A stretch of DNA of 64,000 nucleotides from Chthoniobacteraceae bacterium (lineage in GTDB: Bacteria > Verrucomicrobiota > Verrucomicrobiia > Chthoniobacterales > Chthoniobacteraceae): the NCBI GenBank assembly GCA_040081625.1, contig JBEBGD010000002.1, positions 1-64,000 on the forward strand, read 5' to 3'. Below are positions 30,787 through 41,788 of this stretch, in pieces. Under the pieces are notes generated by a model, which did no database searches, was not told the origin of the DNA, and saw only the letters and a list, made by a program, of their open reading frames with translations. The position numbers were made by a program, and so were the translations under genes. The number at the start of each line of letters is the position of its first letter. Position 1 is the first letter of the stretch.

Positions 30787-32679
30787 GTGCGGCTGGCACG
30801 GATGGGCCGCGTGCAAATCAGCGTCCCAACAAAAGATCGTGTGTGCCTGTGGGTCGCAGCGCTCGGCTTTGGCGCGCTGATCTTTGCGTGGTCGGCGTGG
30901 CGCTGGTGGACGTTTCGCTACGGCACGTTCGACCTCGCGTTTTACACGCAGGCGCTGTGGCTCGCGCTGCGCGGGGAGTGGCAGGTGAGCTTGCTCGACG
31001 TGCCGCTCATGGGGAATCACGCCGAGCCCATCGTCTTTCTCGCGCTGCCGGCGTTCGCGATTTGTCCGCACCCGCTGCTGCTCGTCTTTGCGCAGGCCGT
31101 CGCGCTCGCGTCGATGCCCTTCACCGCGTGGCGCATCGCGCGTCGTCTGGACGCTCCAGCGCTGCCGCTCGCGCTTGCGACCGTCCTGCTTCCGGCGACG
31201 GGTTTCATCGGTCTGCACGAATTCCATCCCGAGGCACTCGCCGCGCCTCTGCTGCTGCTCGTCGCCGAGGCGCGGCTCGCCGGTCGCATCGGGCGGTTCT
31301 GGCTTTGGTGGCTGCTGGCGCTCGGCACGAAGGAGAATATCGCACTGCTGCTCGTGGCATGGGCGATCGTGCATGCGTGCGTGGAGTGGAGGAAAAGCGC
31401 GGCCGAGCAGTGGCGCTGGAATGTGCTGCCGGGGCTGGTCGCCGCAGGCTGGCTCGTGCTCTACGGCGCGTGGCTCGCGCCCGCGCTCAATGGCGGCAAG
31501 GTCGATTACGCCGAGCTCTACTCGCACCTCGGGCGAAGCGGCGGCGAGATCGTGGGGACGATGTTCACGCAGCCCGCGCGCGTCTTCTCCCATCTGCTTC
31601 GCAGTCTCGGCGGCGGCGATCTGCTGTGGGCGATGCTGCTGCCGCTGCTCGCGCTGCCGGTGCTGCGTCCGCGCTGGCTGCTGATCGCCGCGCCCATCCT
31701 GCTCCAGCATCTGCTCTCGTGGCGCAGCTCGGAATGGACGATCCGATTCCACTACGCCGCGCCGCTCGTGCCGCTTTTTTGGCTCGCCGCTGCGGAGGCC
31801 CTGCCGCGGCTGCGGCGGCGTGCCGGTATCGCGTGGTTGATGCTGGCGGCGTGCGCCGTGGCGCAGTTCTGGCGGGGGCCGGCGCAGGAGTTGGCCGGTG
31901 AAGTCCTCCAGCGCGAACGCCACGCCTGGGAACGCGGCTGGAAAGCGGAGATGCTCGCGCAGGTTCAAGCGGACGCGTCCGTCACCGCTGGTCATCCATA
32001 TCTCTCCCATCTCGCCATGCGCCGCGATCTGCACTCGCTGCACCACGTGCTGAAGGGTCTGAACACGCTCAGTCGCCGCCGCTTCGAGCCTCCGCCCGCG
32101 ACCGATTCCGTGCTGATCGACTACGCGGACGATTCGACCTTCAGCGTCGCATCGGGCTTCTACCATCCGACGATGCGCACGGTCGAAGGCGACATCGTCC
32201 CGTCGAGTGAAGTGTTACTGCACGAATTTCTCGCCGGCAACGAATGGCAAAGTCGCGCGATCAATTCGCTCACCGTGCTGCGCCGACTCGGAACGCGCGC
32301 GCCCGCCGCTGCCGATGCGCCCGGAGAGTGGACGATCACTTCCGCGCCTCGCGTGCGGACGAGTGAAGACGGCGCTCAACTCGAGATCGAGACGACATGG
32401 ACATTCACAGTGCCGCCGAAGGAGTTCCGCTGGCTGAAGCTCATTGCGTCCAATGATCGGGACGCCTTCGAGATCGTGCGGGGCCTCGTCGCTCCCGAGG
32501 CGGGTGCGTCGCCGGCGACTGATCGCTGGGTCGTGCGCGTTCCGCCGGACACAGAGCCGGGCGATTTCCGGCTGAAGCTTTTCGTGGTCGATCACCTCGC
32601 GGCGACGCAGGGAAGCGGCGCGCCGAAGAGCACGCAGATACATTCGCTCGGCCAGGCCCGACTCGCTCCGGGTCGCTGA
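30787..32679 (+). CDS. DUF2079-like multi-pass membrane protein (GT-C-like)
   Basis: FDLAFYTQALW, GNHAEP, EFHPE, KE, FHY motifs with many TM segments. Confidence 0.7.
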   Translation: MRLARMGRVQISVPTKDRVCLWVAALGFGALIFAWSAWRWWTFRYGTFDLAFYTQALWLALRGEWQVSLLDVPLMGNHAEPIVFLALPAFAICPHPLLLVFAQAVALASMPFTAWRIARRLDAPALPLALATVLLPATGFIGLHEFHPEALAAPLLLLVAEARLAGRIGRFWLWWLLALGTKENIALLLVAWAIVHACVEWRKSAAEQWRWNVLPGLVAAGWLVLYGAWLAPALNGGKVDYAELYSHLGRSGGEIVGTMFTQPARVFSHLLRSLGGGDLLWAMLLPLLALPVLRPRWLLIAAPILLQHLLSWRSSEWTIRFHYAAPLVPLFWLAAAEALPRLRRRAGIAWLMLAACAVAQFWRGPAQELAGEVLQRERHAWERGWKAEMLAQVQADASVTAGHPYLSHLAMRRDLHSLHHVLKGLNTLSRRRFEPPPATDSVLIDYADDSTFSVASGFYHPTMRTVEGDIVPSSEVLLHEFLAGNEWQSRAINSLTVLRRLGTRAPAAADAPGEWTITSAPRVRTSEDGAQLEIETTWTFTVPPKEFRWLKLIASNDRDAFEIVRGLVAPEAGASPATDRWVVRVPPDTEPGDFRLKLFVVDHLAATQGSGAPKSTQIHSLGQARLAPGR

Positions 32680-32682
32680 CGA

Positions 32683-33117
32683 TTACACCTTTGCCGCACG
32701 CAGATGCGCGAAGCGCACCGACCAGTCGTCCGGCAGCGGCACGGGCCGGGCGCGCGGCATCTCGATCACGCAGAGCATCTGCCGCGACTGCGCGATGAGC
32801 GCGCCATCCGCGGGCCGCTTCACATCGAAGGCGACCCAGAACCGCATCCGGTCGAGCGAATCGAGCCGCCCCTCGACGACGAGCCGGTCGCCGAGTTTCG
32901 CCGGGCGCTTGTAGTCGATCTCCGTGCGCACGACGACCGGGAAGGTGCCGCGGTCCGCCATGCCGACGAGCGCCATGCCGAGCTGCTCGGCGAGCAGCGT
33001 GCGCGTGACTTCGATGAAACGCAGGTAGGCGATGTTGTGCACGACGCCGGCGCAGTCAGTGTCGAAGAACATGACCTGCACGTCGGTCGCGATGCGCGGA
33101 GTTTCGGGTGAAGACAT
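32683..33117 (-). CDS. acyl-CoA thioesterase (YbgC/4HBT family)
   Basis: DTDCAGVVHNIAYLRFIE, IDYKRPAKLGD. Confidence 0.88.
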   Translation of the reverse strand: MSSPETPRIATDVQVMFFDTDCAGVVHNIAYLRFIEVTRTLLAEQLGMALVGMADRGTFPVVVRTEIDYKRPAKLGDRLVVEGRLDSLDRMRFWVAFDVKRPADGALIAQSRQMLCVIEMPRARPVPLPDDWSVRFAHLRAAKV

Positions 33118-33208
33118 GGAGTGTGCATAATCGAGCGGGCGCACCGGTGCGAGCACGAGTGAGAGCAAGAGTTGCCCGCCCCGCGCCGCCCGTGTAGCAC
33201 ATGCGCCT

Positions 33209-34936
33209 TTGAACGACGCGCCAACCAATCCAACCACGCTGAACCGCTGGCTCCCGCTCGCGGCGCCGCTGCTCATCGTCGTCGCGGCGCTCTGGTATTA
33301 CGGCAGCTATTTGCGGTTCTGGTTCAATCCTCACGACGAAGGAGGAACCGCAGTGCTTACGGCGATGCGGCTCCTCGCCGGCGAGGCTCCGATCCGCGAT
33401 GTCGAGCTCGGCTACAATGTCGGCTGGTTCTGGCCGATCGTCGCGCTCTTCAAAATCACCGGCGTCAACTTCCTCGTCATGCGCGGTTTTTTCTTCGTGC
33501 TCTCGACGATCACCGCGCTGCTGGGCTGGTCGCTCGTGCGTCGGCTCACGCGCAACGAATGGCTCGCGCTCGGCGTCGGGCTCGCGCTCGTGATTCTCCC
33601 CGGCTCGCAGTTCAAGAACTACAACCCGCTGCTCTGCGTTGCGAACATGCTCTGCGTCGCCAACGCCGCGCTCGGTTCCGGAGTGGCTCTGACCGCGTTC
33701 TGGCGGCGTCTCGCGTGGGGCGGGATCGTCCTGGGCCTCACGCTGCTCGTGCGCATCGACATCGGTTATCTCTTCGCCTTGCTGTGGGCGGGATTCCTCG
33801 TGCTGCGCCTGTTCGAGTGCCGGCTCGCTTTCGGCCGGCGGCCCGGCGATGCGGCGCTCAGCGCGGCGATCCTGTTTGCCGGCGTGGTCGTCGTGCATGC
33901 TCCGGCATGGGGCATCGCGAAAGCCGGAGGCTACGAGAAGGAATTCACCGCCCAATACGAGACGTGGGCAGGCTATCTCCGCGCCGAGGCGCGCTCGCTC
34001 GCGGCGCCCGCACCCGCGGCGCCGAAGCCTCCCGCGCTCGCGCCCGCGCAACAAGCCGATCGCTCGACGCTGCCGCGCACCGACTGGGCGACGGCGCGCA
34101 CCCTTCGCGACCCGGACAAGTCGGTGCTCTTCGCGCTGACCTATGCGCCGTTGTTGATTTACGCGCTCGCGATCTTCTGGGCGGTGACCCTCATCGGTCG
34201 CGCGTGGGCCCGGCGCGAGTTCGCGGTCGATCAACCTGCGGCGCTCGCGTTGCTCGTGCTCATCGGGTCGATGGCCGCGTTTCCGCAGTTCTTCTTTTTC
34301 CGGCCGGACCGCCCGCATCTTTCCGAGTTCATGCCCGGCTACATCGTCGCGACGGTGTGCCTCGTGGGCATGCTCGGAGCGCGCCTGCGCTGGATCATCG
34401 GCGGGCTGCTTGCGGTGCAGCTCGGCTTGTTCGGGTGGTTCGCGCTCGACCACTACTCGGCCGGCACCATCGCCGCGCGATGGAACATCAAGGAGAGCAA
34501 ACGCCAGCTCTTCAACGGCGCCAACGGCGTGCGGGTGTGGGTTCACAAGGACAAGGAATTCCCCATCCTCGAGGGCGTGCGCAGCGCCGTGGTCGAGCAC
34601 TCGCGCCCCGGCGACTGGCTCGTGTGCTACCCGTATCAGCCGGGCTACAACGTGATGACCGACCGGTCCACCTACGAGCACGACCTTTACCAGGACAACG
34701 CCACCGCGCCGCGTGGCTGGTCGCGCTACGCGATCCGTCGCATCGAGGAGAAAAAGCCGGCCGTCCTCGTGATCGACAACCGTGCGATCAACAAAGTCGA
34801 GGCATCGCGCTTCAGCGTGTGGGCTGCGCCGGTGTATGAATACCTGCAGGCGAACTACGAGCTGTGCGGCACCTTCGGCCCGAAGGATCGCGGTAACCGC
34901 GATCGAATCGAAGTCTTCGCGCGGCGCGCTCGATGA
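33209..34936 (+). CDS. multi-pass membrane protein, probable GT-C glycosyltransferase
   Basis: N-terminal HDEG loop motif, about ten TM segments; coupled to rfbA. Confidence 0.55.
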   Translation: MNDAPTNPTTLNRWLPLAAPLLIVVAALWYYGSYLRFWFNPHDEGGTAVLTAMRLLAGEAPIRDVELGYNVGWFWPIVALFKITGVNFLVMRGFFFVLSTITALLGWSLVRRLTRNEWLALGVGLALVILPGSQFKNYNPLLCVANMLCVANAALGSGVALTAFWRRLAWGGIVLGLTLLVRIDIGYLFALLWAGFLVLRLFECRLAFGRRPGDAALSAAILFAGVVVVHAPAWGIAKAGGYEKEFTAQYETWAGYLRAEARSLAAPAPAAPKPPALAPAQQADRSTLPRTDWATARTLRDPDKSVLFALTYAPLLIYALAIFWAVTLIGRAWARREFAVDQPAALALLVLIGSMAAFPQFFFFRPDRPHLSEFMPGYIVATVCLVGMLGARLRWIIGGLLAVQLGLFGWFALDHYSAGTIAARWNIKESKRQLFNGANGVRVWVHKDKEFPILEGVRSAVVEHSRPGDWLVCYPYQPGYNVMTDRSTYEHDLYQDNATAPRGWSRYAIRRIEEKKPAVLVIDNRAINKVEASRFSVWAAPVYEYLQANYELCGTFGPKDRGNRDRIEVFARRAR

Positions 34937-35802
34937 ACACCAAAGGCATCATCCTCGCCGGCGGCGCCGGCACCCGCCTCCACCCGCTCACCCGCGTCGC
35001 GTGCAAGCAACTGCTGCCCGTCTATGACAAGCCGATGATCTACTACCCACTCGCCACGCTGATGCTCGGCGGCGTGCGCGAAATGCTGATCATCTCCACG
35101 CCGAAAGACGTGCCGAGCTTCCGCGCGCTCTTCGGCGACGGCTCGCATCTCGGGATGAAAATCGAATACGCCGAGCAGGCGGAGCCGAAAGGCATCGCGC
35201 AGGCCTTCCTCATCGGCGAGCAGTTCATCGCCGGCCAGCCGAGCTGCCTCATCCTCGGCGACAACATTTTCTACGGGAAGCTCGACTTCTTTCGCGAGGC
35301 GCTCGCGCTGCGCGAAGGCGCGTGCGTCTTCGGCTACGAAGTGCGCGACCCGGAGCGCTACGGCGTCGTCGAGTTCGCGCCCGATGGCCGCGTCATCAGC
35401 ATCGAGGAAAAGCCGAAGCAGCCGAAGAGCCGCTTCGCCGTGCCGGGGCTCTACGTCTATGACGCGCAGGTCGTGGACATCTGCCGCAACATGAAGCCGA
35501 GCCCGCGCGGTGAACTCGAGATCACCGACGTGAACCTCGAATACCTGCGTCGCGGCACGCTCCGCGTGAAAGTGCTCGGCCGCGGCATGGCGTGGCTCGA
35601 TACCGGAACGCAGACCAGCCTGCTCGAAGCCGCCAACTACATCGCCGCGATCCAAAACCGCCAGGGCCTGATGATCGCGTGCATCGAGGAGATCGCATTT
35701 CACCAGCGCTGGATCGACCAGTCGCAACTCGAGCGAGTCATCGCCGCGCTGCCGAAGAACGAATACCGCGAGTATCTCCAACTCGTCGCCGACGGGCTCT
35801 GA
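34933..35802 (+). CDS. rfbA: glucose-1-phosphate thymidylyltransferase
   Basis: [41 protein letters not shown]. Confidence 0.96.
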   Translation: MNTKGIILAGGAGTRLHPLTRVACKQLLPVYDKPMIYYPLATLMLGGVREMLIISTPKDVPSFRALFGDGSHLGMKIEYAEQAEPKGIAQAFLIGEQFIAGQPSCLILGDNIFYGKLDFFREALALREGACVFGYEVRDPERYGVVEFAPDGRVISIEEKPKQPKSRFAVPGLYVYDAQVVDICRNMKPSPRGELEITDVNLEYLRRGTLRVKVLGRGMAWLDTGTQTSLLEAANYIAAIQNRQGLMIACIEEIAFHQRWIDQSQLERVIAALPKNEYREYLQLVADGL

Positions 35803-35870
35803 CATTTCTCTGACAAACGTCGCACGCGGCTCTGACGACGTGCGCGCGCGGGGCGCGTCTATTCAGCGAC

Positions 35871-38105
35871 ATGAAAACGCTGCTCGCTCTCGCGCTCCTC
35901 ACCGCCTCGGCCTTCGCCGACGGCCTCATCATCATCCGCAACCCGCCGCCGCGGCCGCATCCGATTCCACACCCGGTGTTCGCGCCGCTCGAGGTCGTCT
36001 TTCACAAGGTCGATGTGACGATCGACGGGCAGAAGGCGACGACGCGCGTGGACCAGGAGTTCTTCAACCCGAACGGCGTCGCGCTCGAGGGCGACTACAT
36101 GTTTCCGATCCCGGACGGCGCGCACATCGACAAGTTCACGATGCGCATCGGCGACAAGGACATCGAGGCCGAGCTGCTCGACGCGGCGAAGGCGCGCAAG
36201 ATTTACGAGGACATCGTGCGCAGCCAGCGCGACCCGGCGCTGCTCGAATACACGAGGCGCGCCGCGTTTCACGTGCGCATCTTTCCGATCGAGGCGCGGT
36301 CGAACAAGAAGGTGCAGCTCAGCTACACGGAGCTGCTGCGCAATGACGGCGGGCTCGTGTCGTATCTCTACCCGCTCAACACGGAGAAGTTTTCGGCGCA
36401 GCCGTTGAAGACGGCGTCGGTGCGCGTGTCGCTCGCGCAGGGTTCGCCGATCAAGGCGCTCTACTCGCCATCGCATAGCGTCGAGATCAGGCGCGACGGC
36501 GACCGCAAGGCGACCGTCGGTTGGGAGACGACGAACGCGCGGCCCGATCGCGACTTCCAGCTCCTCTTCTCGACGGCGGACAGCGAGGTCGGCGTAAACC
36601 TGCTCACACAAAAAAGCACGGGCGACGACGGGTGGTTTCTGCTGCTCGCGTCGCCGGGGGCGGACGTGATGAAGCCGGGAGAGAAGGTGAACCCGAAGGA
36701 CGTGATCTTCGTGCTCGATACAAGCGGCTCGATGGCCGGGAAGAAGCTCGAGCAGGCGAAGAAGGCGCTGAACTTCTGCGTCGAGAATCTCAACGACACG
36801 GACCGCTTCGAGGTGCTGCGCTTCGCGACGGAAGTCGAGCCGTGCTTCGACAAGCTGAGCGACGCGGCGAAGGCGAACCGCGAGCAGGCGACGAAGTGGA
36901 TCGACGCGCTCAAGCCGATCGGCGGCACCGCGATCAACGACGCGCTCGCCCGCGCGCTCAAGCTGCGGCCCGCGGGAAACGACCGGCCTTTCGTCGTGAT
37001 CTTCCTCACCGATGGGCAGCCGACGGTCGGCGAGACGAATGAGGATCGCATCGTCGCGTCGGTCGATGCGGGCGCGGGCACGCGGGTCTTCTGCTTCGGC
37101 ATCGGCACGGATGTGAACACGCACCTGCTCGACAAAATCGTGGAGCGCACGCGGGCAGCGAGCCAGTTCGTGCTGCCGGAGGAGGATCTCGAGGTGAAGG
37201 TGTCGGCGTTCTTCACGAAGATCAAAGAGCCGCTACTCGCGAACCTGCGCATCACGTGGCCCGAGGGCGTGCGCGTCTCGAAGCTCTATCCGTCGGCGCC
37301 CCCGGATCTGTTCCGTGGCGATCAGCTCGTCCTCACCGGGCGCTACAGCGGCAGCGGAGAAGGTGACGTGGTGCTCGAAGGCACGCTCAACGGCCAGCCG
37401 CGCCGCATCGTTCAGCGCGTGAAATTTCCCGAGACCGCTGGAGGCAACGACTTCATCGCGCAGCTCTGGGCCACGCGACGCGTCGGCTTCCTGCTCGATG
37501 AAATCCGTCTGCGCGGTGAGAACAAGGAACTGCGCGACGAGGTCGTCGATCTCGCTCGACGATTCGCAATCGTGACGCCCTACACGAGCTATCTCATCGT
37601 CGAGGACGAGGCGCGCCGGAATGTGCCGGTGACGATGCGCTCGCTGCAGGAGCTCGACCGCGATGCCGCGATGCAGAGTGCGCTGCGACAAAGCTGGCAG
37701 GCGTTGCCCGCGGCGAAGGCCGGCGATGTCGGCAGCTACAACGCGCGGGGAAACAAGGCGCTCAAGGATGCCGCAGCGCCGGGTGATGCGCTCGCGCAGA
37801 GTAAGCGCGAGATCGGAAAGGCGATGGCGACACCCGCGCCGGCCGGTGCTCCGCCGGTTCGACTCGATGCTGTGCAGCAGCAGGCCGCGCACGTCGTGAA
37901 CGGCAAGGCCTTCTACCAAAACGGCGCGCAATGGATCGACGCCGACGCACAGCGGCAGACGACGGCGAAGCGGCAGCAGATCAAGTTCGCGAGCGAGGAA
38001 TACTTCCGTCTGCTCGCGGAGAATCACGACGCGGCGCAGTGGCTCGCGCTCGGGCGCAATGTGCAGTTCGCGCTCGGCGGGACGCTTTACGATATCGTCG
38101 AGTGA
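35871..38105 (+). CDS. secreted VIT and vWA domain protein
   Basis: Signal peptide, VIT region (QEFFNP, DPALLEY), MIDAS DTSGS, GGT, LTDG, VTPYTS. Confidence 0.88.
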   Translation: MKTLLALALLTASAFADGLIIIRNPPPRPHPIPHPVFAPLEVVFHKVDVTIDGQKATTRVDQEFFNPNGVALEGDYMFPIPDGAHIDKFTMRIGDKDIEAELLDAAKARKIYEDIVRSQRDPALLEYTRRAAFHVRIFPIEARSNKKVQLSYTELLRNDGGLVSYLYPLNTEKFSAQPLKTASVRVSLAQGSPIKALYSPSHSVEIRRDGDRKATVGWETTNARPDRDFQLLFSTADSEVGVNLLTQKSTGDDGWFLLLASPGADVMKPGEKVNPKDVIFVLDTSGSMAGKKLEQAKKALNFCVENLNDTDRFEVLRFATEVEPCFDKLSDAAKANREQATKWIDALKPIGGTAINDALARALKLRPAGNDRPFVVIFLTDGQPTVGETNEDRIVASVDAGAGTRVFCFGIGTDVNTHLLDKIVERTRAASQFVLPEEDLEVKVSAFFTKIKEPLLANLRITWPEGVRVSKLYPSAPPDLFRGDQLVLTGRYSGSGEGDVVLEGTLNGQPRRIVQRVKFPETAGGNDFIAQLWATRRVGFLLDEIRLRGENKELRDEVVDLARRFAIVTPYTSYLIVEDEARRNVPVTMRSLQELDRDAAMQSALRQSWQALPAAKAGDVGSYNARGNKALKDAAAPGDALAQSKREIGKAMATPAPAGAPPVRLDAVQQQAAHVVNGKAFYQNGAQWIDADAQRQTTAKRQQIKFASEEYFRLLAENHDAAQWLALGRNVQFALGGTLYDIVE

Positions 38106-38176
38106 CGCGCGTTCAGTTGCGTGGCGTGTCGAGCCGTGCCAAAGCGTGCGCGGCTCCCACGCCTCCCACGCCGCGC

Positions 38177-38674
38177 ATGATTTCGATCGAAGAACATTCC
38201 CGCACCTTGCTCGCCGCCCAGGGCTATTGCGAGCTGTCGATGTTCTCGGAAGCACTCGTGGAGCTCGATTCGCTGCCGGCAAAGGCGCAGCAACACCCGG
38301 CGGCGATCGAACTGCGGCTGCTCGTCCTCATGCAGGCGCGGCGCTGGCGGCAGGCGCTCTCGGCGGGACGTGAACTCACGCAGATCGCGCCGGATCGATC
38401 GAGCGGTTTCATCCATGCGGCGTTCTGCCTGCACGAGCTGGGGAAAACTGAGGAAGCGCGCGCGCTGCTGGTGAGCGGCCCGACGACGCTGCACGCGGAG
38501 CCGGTGTTTCACTACAATCTCGCGTGCTACGAATGCGTGCTCGGCAATCTTAATGCGGCCCGCGAGCACCTCGCCAGGAGCGTGAAGCTCGACAAGAAAT
38601 TTCGCGACTACTCGCGGACGGACCCGGACCTCAAGGCGCTGCGTGAGAACGGCGAGTCGCAGGTCATTCCTTAG
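38177..38674 (+). CDS. TPR-repeat protein
   Basis: AAQGYCEL...ELD, HYNLACY...DPDL. Confidence 0.75.
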   Translation: MISIEEHSRTLLAAQGYCELSMFSEALVELDSLPAKAQQHPAAIELRLLVLMQARRWRQALSAGRELTQIAPDRSSGFIHAAFCLHELGKTEEARALLVSGPTTLHAEPVFHYNLACYECVLGNLNAAREHLARSVKLDKKFRDYSRTDPDLKALRENGESQVIP

Positions 38675-39386
38675 CTTCGTCCCCTTCGCCATTCGTCGGG
38701 TGCGTCCGCTTTTTGCGCAGGCGCAGCCAGTTGTTCCACGTCTTTTTGAATGCCTGCGTGGGCGAGAGGTAGCGCTGGTTGAGCTCCGTGCCGGCCTTGA
38801 TCTGGTCGAGCAATCCGCGCACGGAAAACTCCGGCGCATCGAGGATCGTGTAGGCGGTGCCGATGGCGGACTCGTGATGCGCGTCGCTGCCGGCGATCAT
38901 TGGCAGGTTCCGCTTTTGCGCGTAGTCGAAGGCTTTTCGATTGTAGCGCTTGAGGGTCGTCGCGGCGTTGAAGACCTCGAGCGCGTCGATCTCGAGCGTG
39001 TCGAGCACGGACTCGCGGATGCCCGCGCGAAACAAGTCGTAGGGGTGCGGCGGGATGGCGAGCCCGCCCATGTCGTGAACGAGTTTGCATACTTCCGCCG
39101 CGGGCGTGCCTTTCAAATGCGGCAGGATCACGCCAAGGCAGAGCAAGTGGCCCTCGGCGGTCGTGACCTCGACGCCGGGGATCACGATGAAGTCATCGAC
39201 CGGCTTGCCGTCTTCGCGCACGAGGCCCTTGTCGAGCAGGTAGCGCATCGCGTCGCAGGTATTGTGATCGGTCATCGCGAAGCCGTGCAGTCCTTTCTTA
39301 CGAGCGGTCTCGATGAGCGCCTCGGGCGCGCTCACGCCGTCGCCCGAGAACCACGAGTGGCAGTGGAGGTCGATGTTGAAGGGCAT
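38664..39386 (-). CDS. PHP-domain phosphoesterase
   Basis: DLHCHS, TDHN, GVEVTT, PHP, GSDAH. Confidence 0.9.
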   Translation of the reverse strand: MPFNIDLHCHSWFSGDGVSAPEALIETARKKGLHGFAMTDHNTCDAMRYLLDKGLVREDGKPVDDFIVIPGVEVTTAEGHLLCLGVILPHLKGTPAAEVCKLVHDMGGLAIPPHPYDLFRAGIRESVLDTLEIDALEVFNAATTLKRYNRKAFDYAQKRNLPMIAGSDAHHESAIGTAYTILDAPEFSVRGLLDQIKAGTELNQRYLSPTQAFKKTWNNWLRLRKKRTHPTNGEGDEAKE

Positions 39387-39399
39387 GTGCCGGAGAGTA

Positions 39400-39484
39400 A
39401 GTGCTCAGTGCTCAGTGCAAAGTGCGCAGTGAAGATTCTCGCGCCGGACTTGCACTGAGAACTGAGAACTGAGAACTGCGGACT
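39400..39484. repeat. imperfect palindrome with heptamer tandem-repeat arms
   Basis: AGTGCTC-type units at 39400-39431 face TTGCACT-(GAGAACT)x3-GCGGACT at 39450-39484. Confidence 0.85.
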
Positions 39485-39495
39485 CCTCACTCGCC

Positions 39496-40035
39496 ATGTT
39501 CGCCTTCAAAGAATGGACCCTCATCTGCGCCGCGCTCGCCCGCGGTGAGCAAAGCATCATCCTGCGCAAAGGCGGCATCGCGGAAGGACGCGCGGGCTTC
39601 CGTTTTCAGCACGCGGACTTCGTGCTCTTTCCCACGCTCTTTCACGAGCAGGTGAACAAGCTGCGGCTGCCCGCGAGCACACCGCTCCCCGCGCAGCGCG
39701 CCGATGGCCAGCACGAGATCACGCTCGCCGCGCACGTCGAGTGGACGGCCGACGTGACGGATTTGGAAAAGGTCTGCGCGCTCGAACCGCATCACCTCTG
39801 GACGCGCGCGGAGATCGAGAAGCGCTTCCGCCAGGACGACGCGCCCGGCGTCAGCATCGCCTTCGTGCGCATCTCCGCGCTGAGCGCGCCGCTCGTCTTC
39901 CCCGACTCGCCCAAGTTCGGCGGCTGCCGTTCGTGGATCGAAGTGCCCGAGTTGCCCGCCGGCACCGCGCTCGCGCCCGTGCTGGACGACGCGACGCATG
40001 TCGCACGCGAGGCAGCCGTTCGCGCGCTGCTGTAG
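39496..40035 (+). CDS. DUF1802 family protein
   Basis: AFKEW...GEQSIILRKGGI, FPTLFHE, GGCRSW. Confidence 0.85.
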   Translation: MFAFKEWTLICAALARGEQSIILRKGGIAEGRAGFRFQHADFVLFPTLFHEQVNKLRLPASTPLPAQRADGQHEITLAAHVEWTADVTDLEKVCALEPHHLWTRAEIEKRFRQDDAPGVSIAFVRISALSAPLVFPDSPKFGGCRSWIEVPELPAGTALAPVLDDATHVAREAAVRALL

Positions 40036-40065
40036 GGCTCCGAGCCCCCGGCCTGCCGCGGCAGG

Positions 40066-40737
40066 TTACAGTCCTGCGACCACGCGCGGCCCGCCCGCGA
40101 GCCGGTCCATTTTCACCCGATCGAGCACGCACGCGGGATCGAAGTTCGTCCCGTGCTGTGCGCGAAACTGCGAGAGCATCCGTGGCGTGATCTCGTCGCG
40201 ATGGACCACTGGCTGCGGCGCGAAACGGCGCGAGCGCTCGGTCTTCCGAATGGGCCAGAGTCGTGCGAGAAACGACGGCTTCCCGGGTTGAAGCTGTGCG
40301 AGACGCGTCCCGCCATTGTCGCGCGACGAGCCACCAGCCACGCTGAGCACTGTCGCACGACGGCGCGCGTAAAAGCTGAGCTGGCGCCCGAGATCCTCAC
40401 CCGGCAGCCACGCGGGCGCGCGCAGGCGTTCATCCATCAGCCACCACGGACTGCGCGCGCAGGCGCCATCGCGATAGACGACCGCCGTGCGTGTGGCGGT
40501 GACCTCTTCGCCGCGGCGCGTGCGGTGGGAAAACTCGTAGGTGACCACCTTATGCTCGACGCCCGCCGACTTGAGCACCGCGCCGAGTTGCACCGCAAAA
40601 GCAGCGGATGGATCGGCGGCGTCCCGGGTCTCGACGCGGGCGGCGCGCACGAGCGACCAGGTCGCCGACGGGCGCAACGCACCACAACCGGCGAGCACTA
40701 GGCCGGCAGTGAGCGAAAGTAAAAGCGAGCGGCGCAT
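40066..40737 (-). CDS. hypothetical lipoprotein
   Basis: Lipobox LAGC after a hydrophobic leader. Confidence 0.6.
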   Translation of the reverse strand: MRRSLLLSLTAGLVLAGCGALRPSATWSLVRAARVETRDAADPSAAFAVQLGAVLKSAGVEHKVVTYEFSHRTRRGEEVTATRTAVVYRDGACARSPWWLMDERLRAPAWLPGEDLGRQLSFYARRRATVLSVAGGSSRDNGGTRLAQLQPGKPSFLARLWPIRKTERSRRFAPQPVVHRDEITPRMLSQFRAQHGTNFDPACVLDRVKMDRLAGGPRVVAGL

Positions 40738-40823
40738 GGCGGTTGGTCTTGGAAAGGCGGGGCTCTTAAAAGAAAGGACCGTGCCGCTCAACGCCAAAGT
40801 CTCGCTCCGGGCCGCCGCGAGGC

Positions 40824-40985
40824 TTAGCGAAACTTCTGCGTGCGGATCGCTCCGCCCGCCGCTTCTGACTTGTGGTAGTGGAGCGTCGGGCTGTCGCCAC
40901 GGTAGATCGCGGCCGATGGCTTCGTCTTACAGCCGGATAATAGTGCGGTGGTCACAAAAACCAGAAGTAGGACGCGGGGAGACAT
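40824..40985 (-). CDS. small hypothetical lipoprotein
   Basis: MSPRVLLLVFVTTALLSGC lipobox; 53 aa. Confidence 0.5.
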   Translation of the reverse strand: MSPRVLLLVFVTTALLSGCKTKPSAAIYRGDSPTLHYHKSEAAGGAIRTQKFR

Positions 40986-41091
40986 GGGCCGGAACGCTAG
41001 CGGCCCCTGATGACACGGCAACGTGCAATCCCTTGAAAGTCTCCGTTGCGCCGGGCGAGGGGTGGCCTAGCTTCGCGGCCTCCGAAAAAAC

Positions 41092-41448
41092 GGGGGCGCA
41101 CTGGTTTCGACTGTTGGTTCGATACGCGTGCTGCATGCCGGGGAAGTCTGTGATCCTCGTTATCAATCCAGGCAAAAAAACAAACGCCAACTACGACGAA
41201 GAACTGGCTCTCGCGGCCTAAATAATCCGCGACGCGACTCCATCAACGCCTGCTAGGTGGAGTGGCGACGACAGCAGGCTGTGCCCGATGCGGAGCGACC
41301 GCGCAGCGGGTGAACTTCGCCCGTGGATGCTCGGTCGAGTGAAGCGCGCCAGCCCGCGTCACCCGGCTTAAATCAATGGCGGGACAAGCATGTAGATGCA
41401 GGTGGGCACAGCCATCAGGACAGGGGTTCGATTCCCCTCGCCTCCACC
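41092..41448 (+). ncRNA. ssrA: tmRNA
   Basis: 5' GGGGGCG pairs with 3' CGCCTCC-ACC including G3.U; T-arm GGTTCGATTCC; tag ORF 41186-41221 ANYDEELALAA*. Confidence 0.96.
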
Positions 41449-41788
41449 TCTCTGATTATCAGAGAGTTACATCAGAAATATCGGCAGGTAGGAACGTAAG
41501 TAGGAACACGGTTTCCGAAGTGCAGCGATGTTCGCTGATACTGGAGCAGCGAAATTTGCCCGTGGATCGTTCGGCCCGAGCGGCGGCGTCGACATCTCGA
41601 TCAGCAAAATTCACTCACCGAGTGTTCGTCGATGTTCACCAAAATCACTGATGTCGGAGTGAGCTAAAAATCGGCCGTTTTCAGCCAGGTCACCCCCGCA
41701 CCCGCCGGATCAGAACGCGCTGGCGGGCAAATTTGGAGGTCGAGTTTTCAGCGGTCAGATCGAGTTTGCCGTGGTGCCGTGAACAAGA

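Noticed and set aside
40541..41221. 226-aa ORF ending in ANYDEELALAA
   Set aside because: Chance open frame running into the tmRNA tag; it overlaps two minus-strand genes and ssrA.
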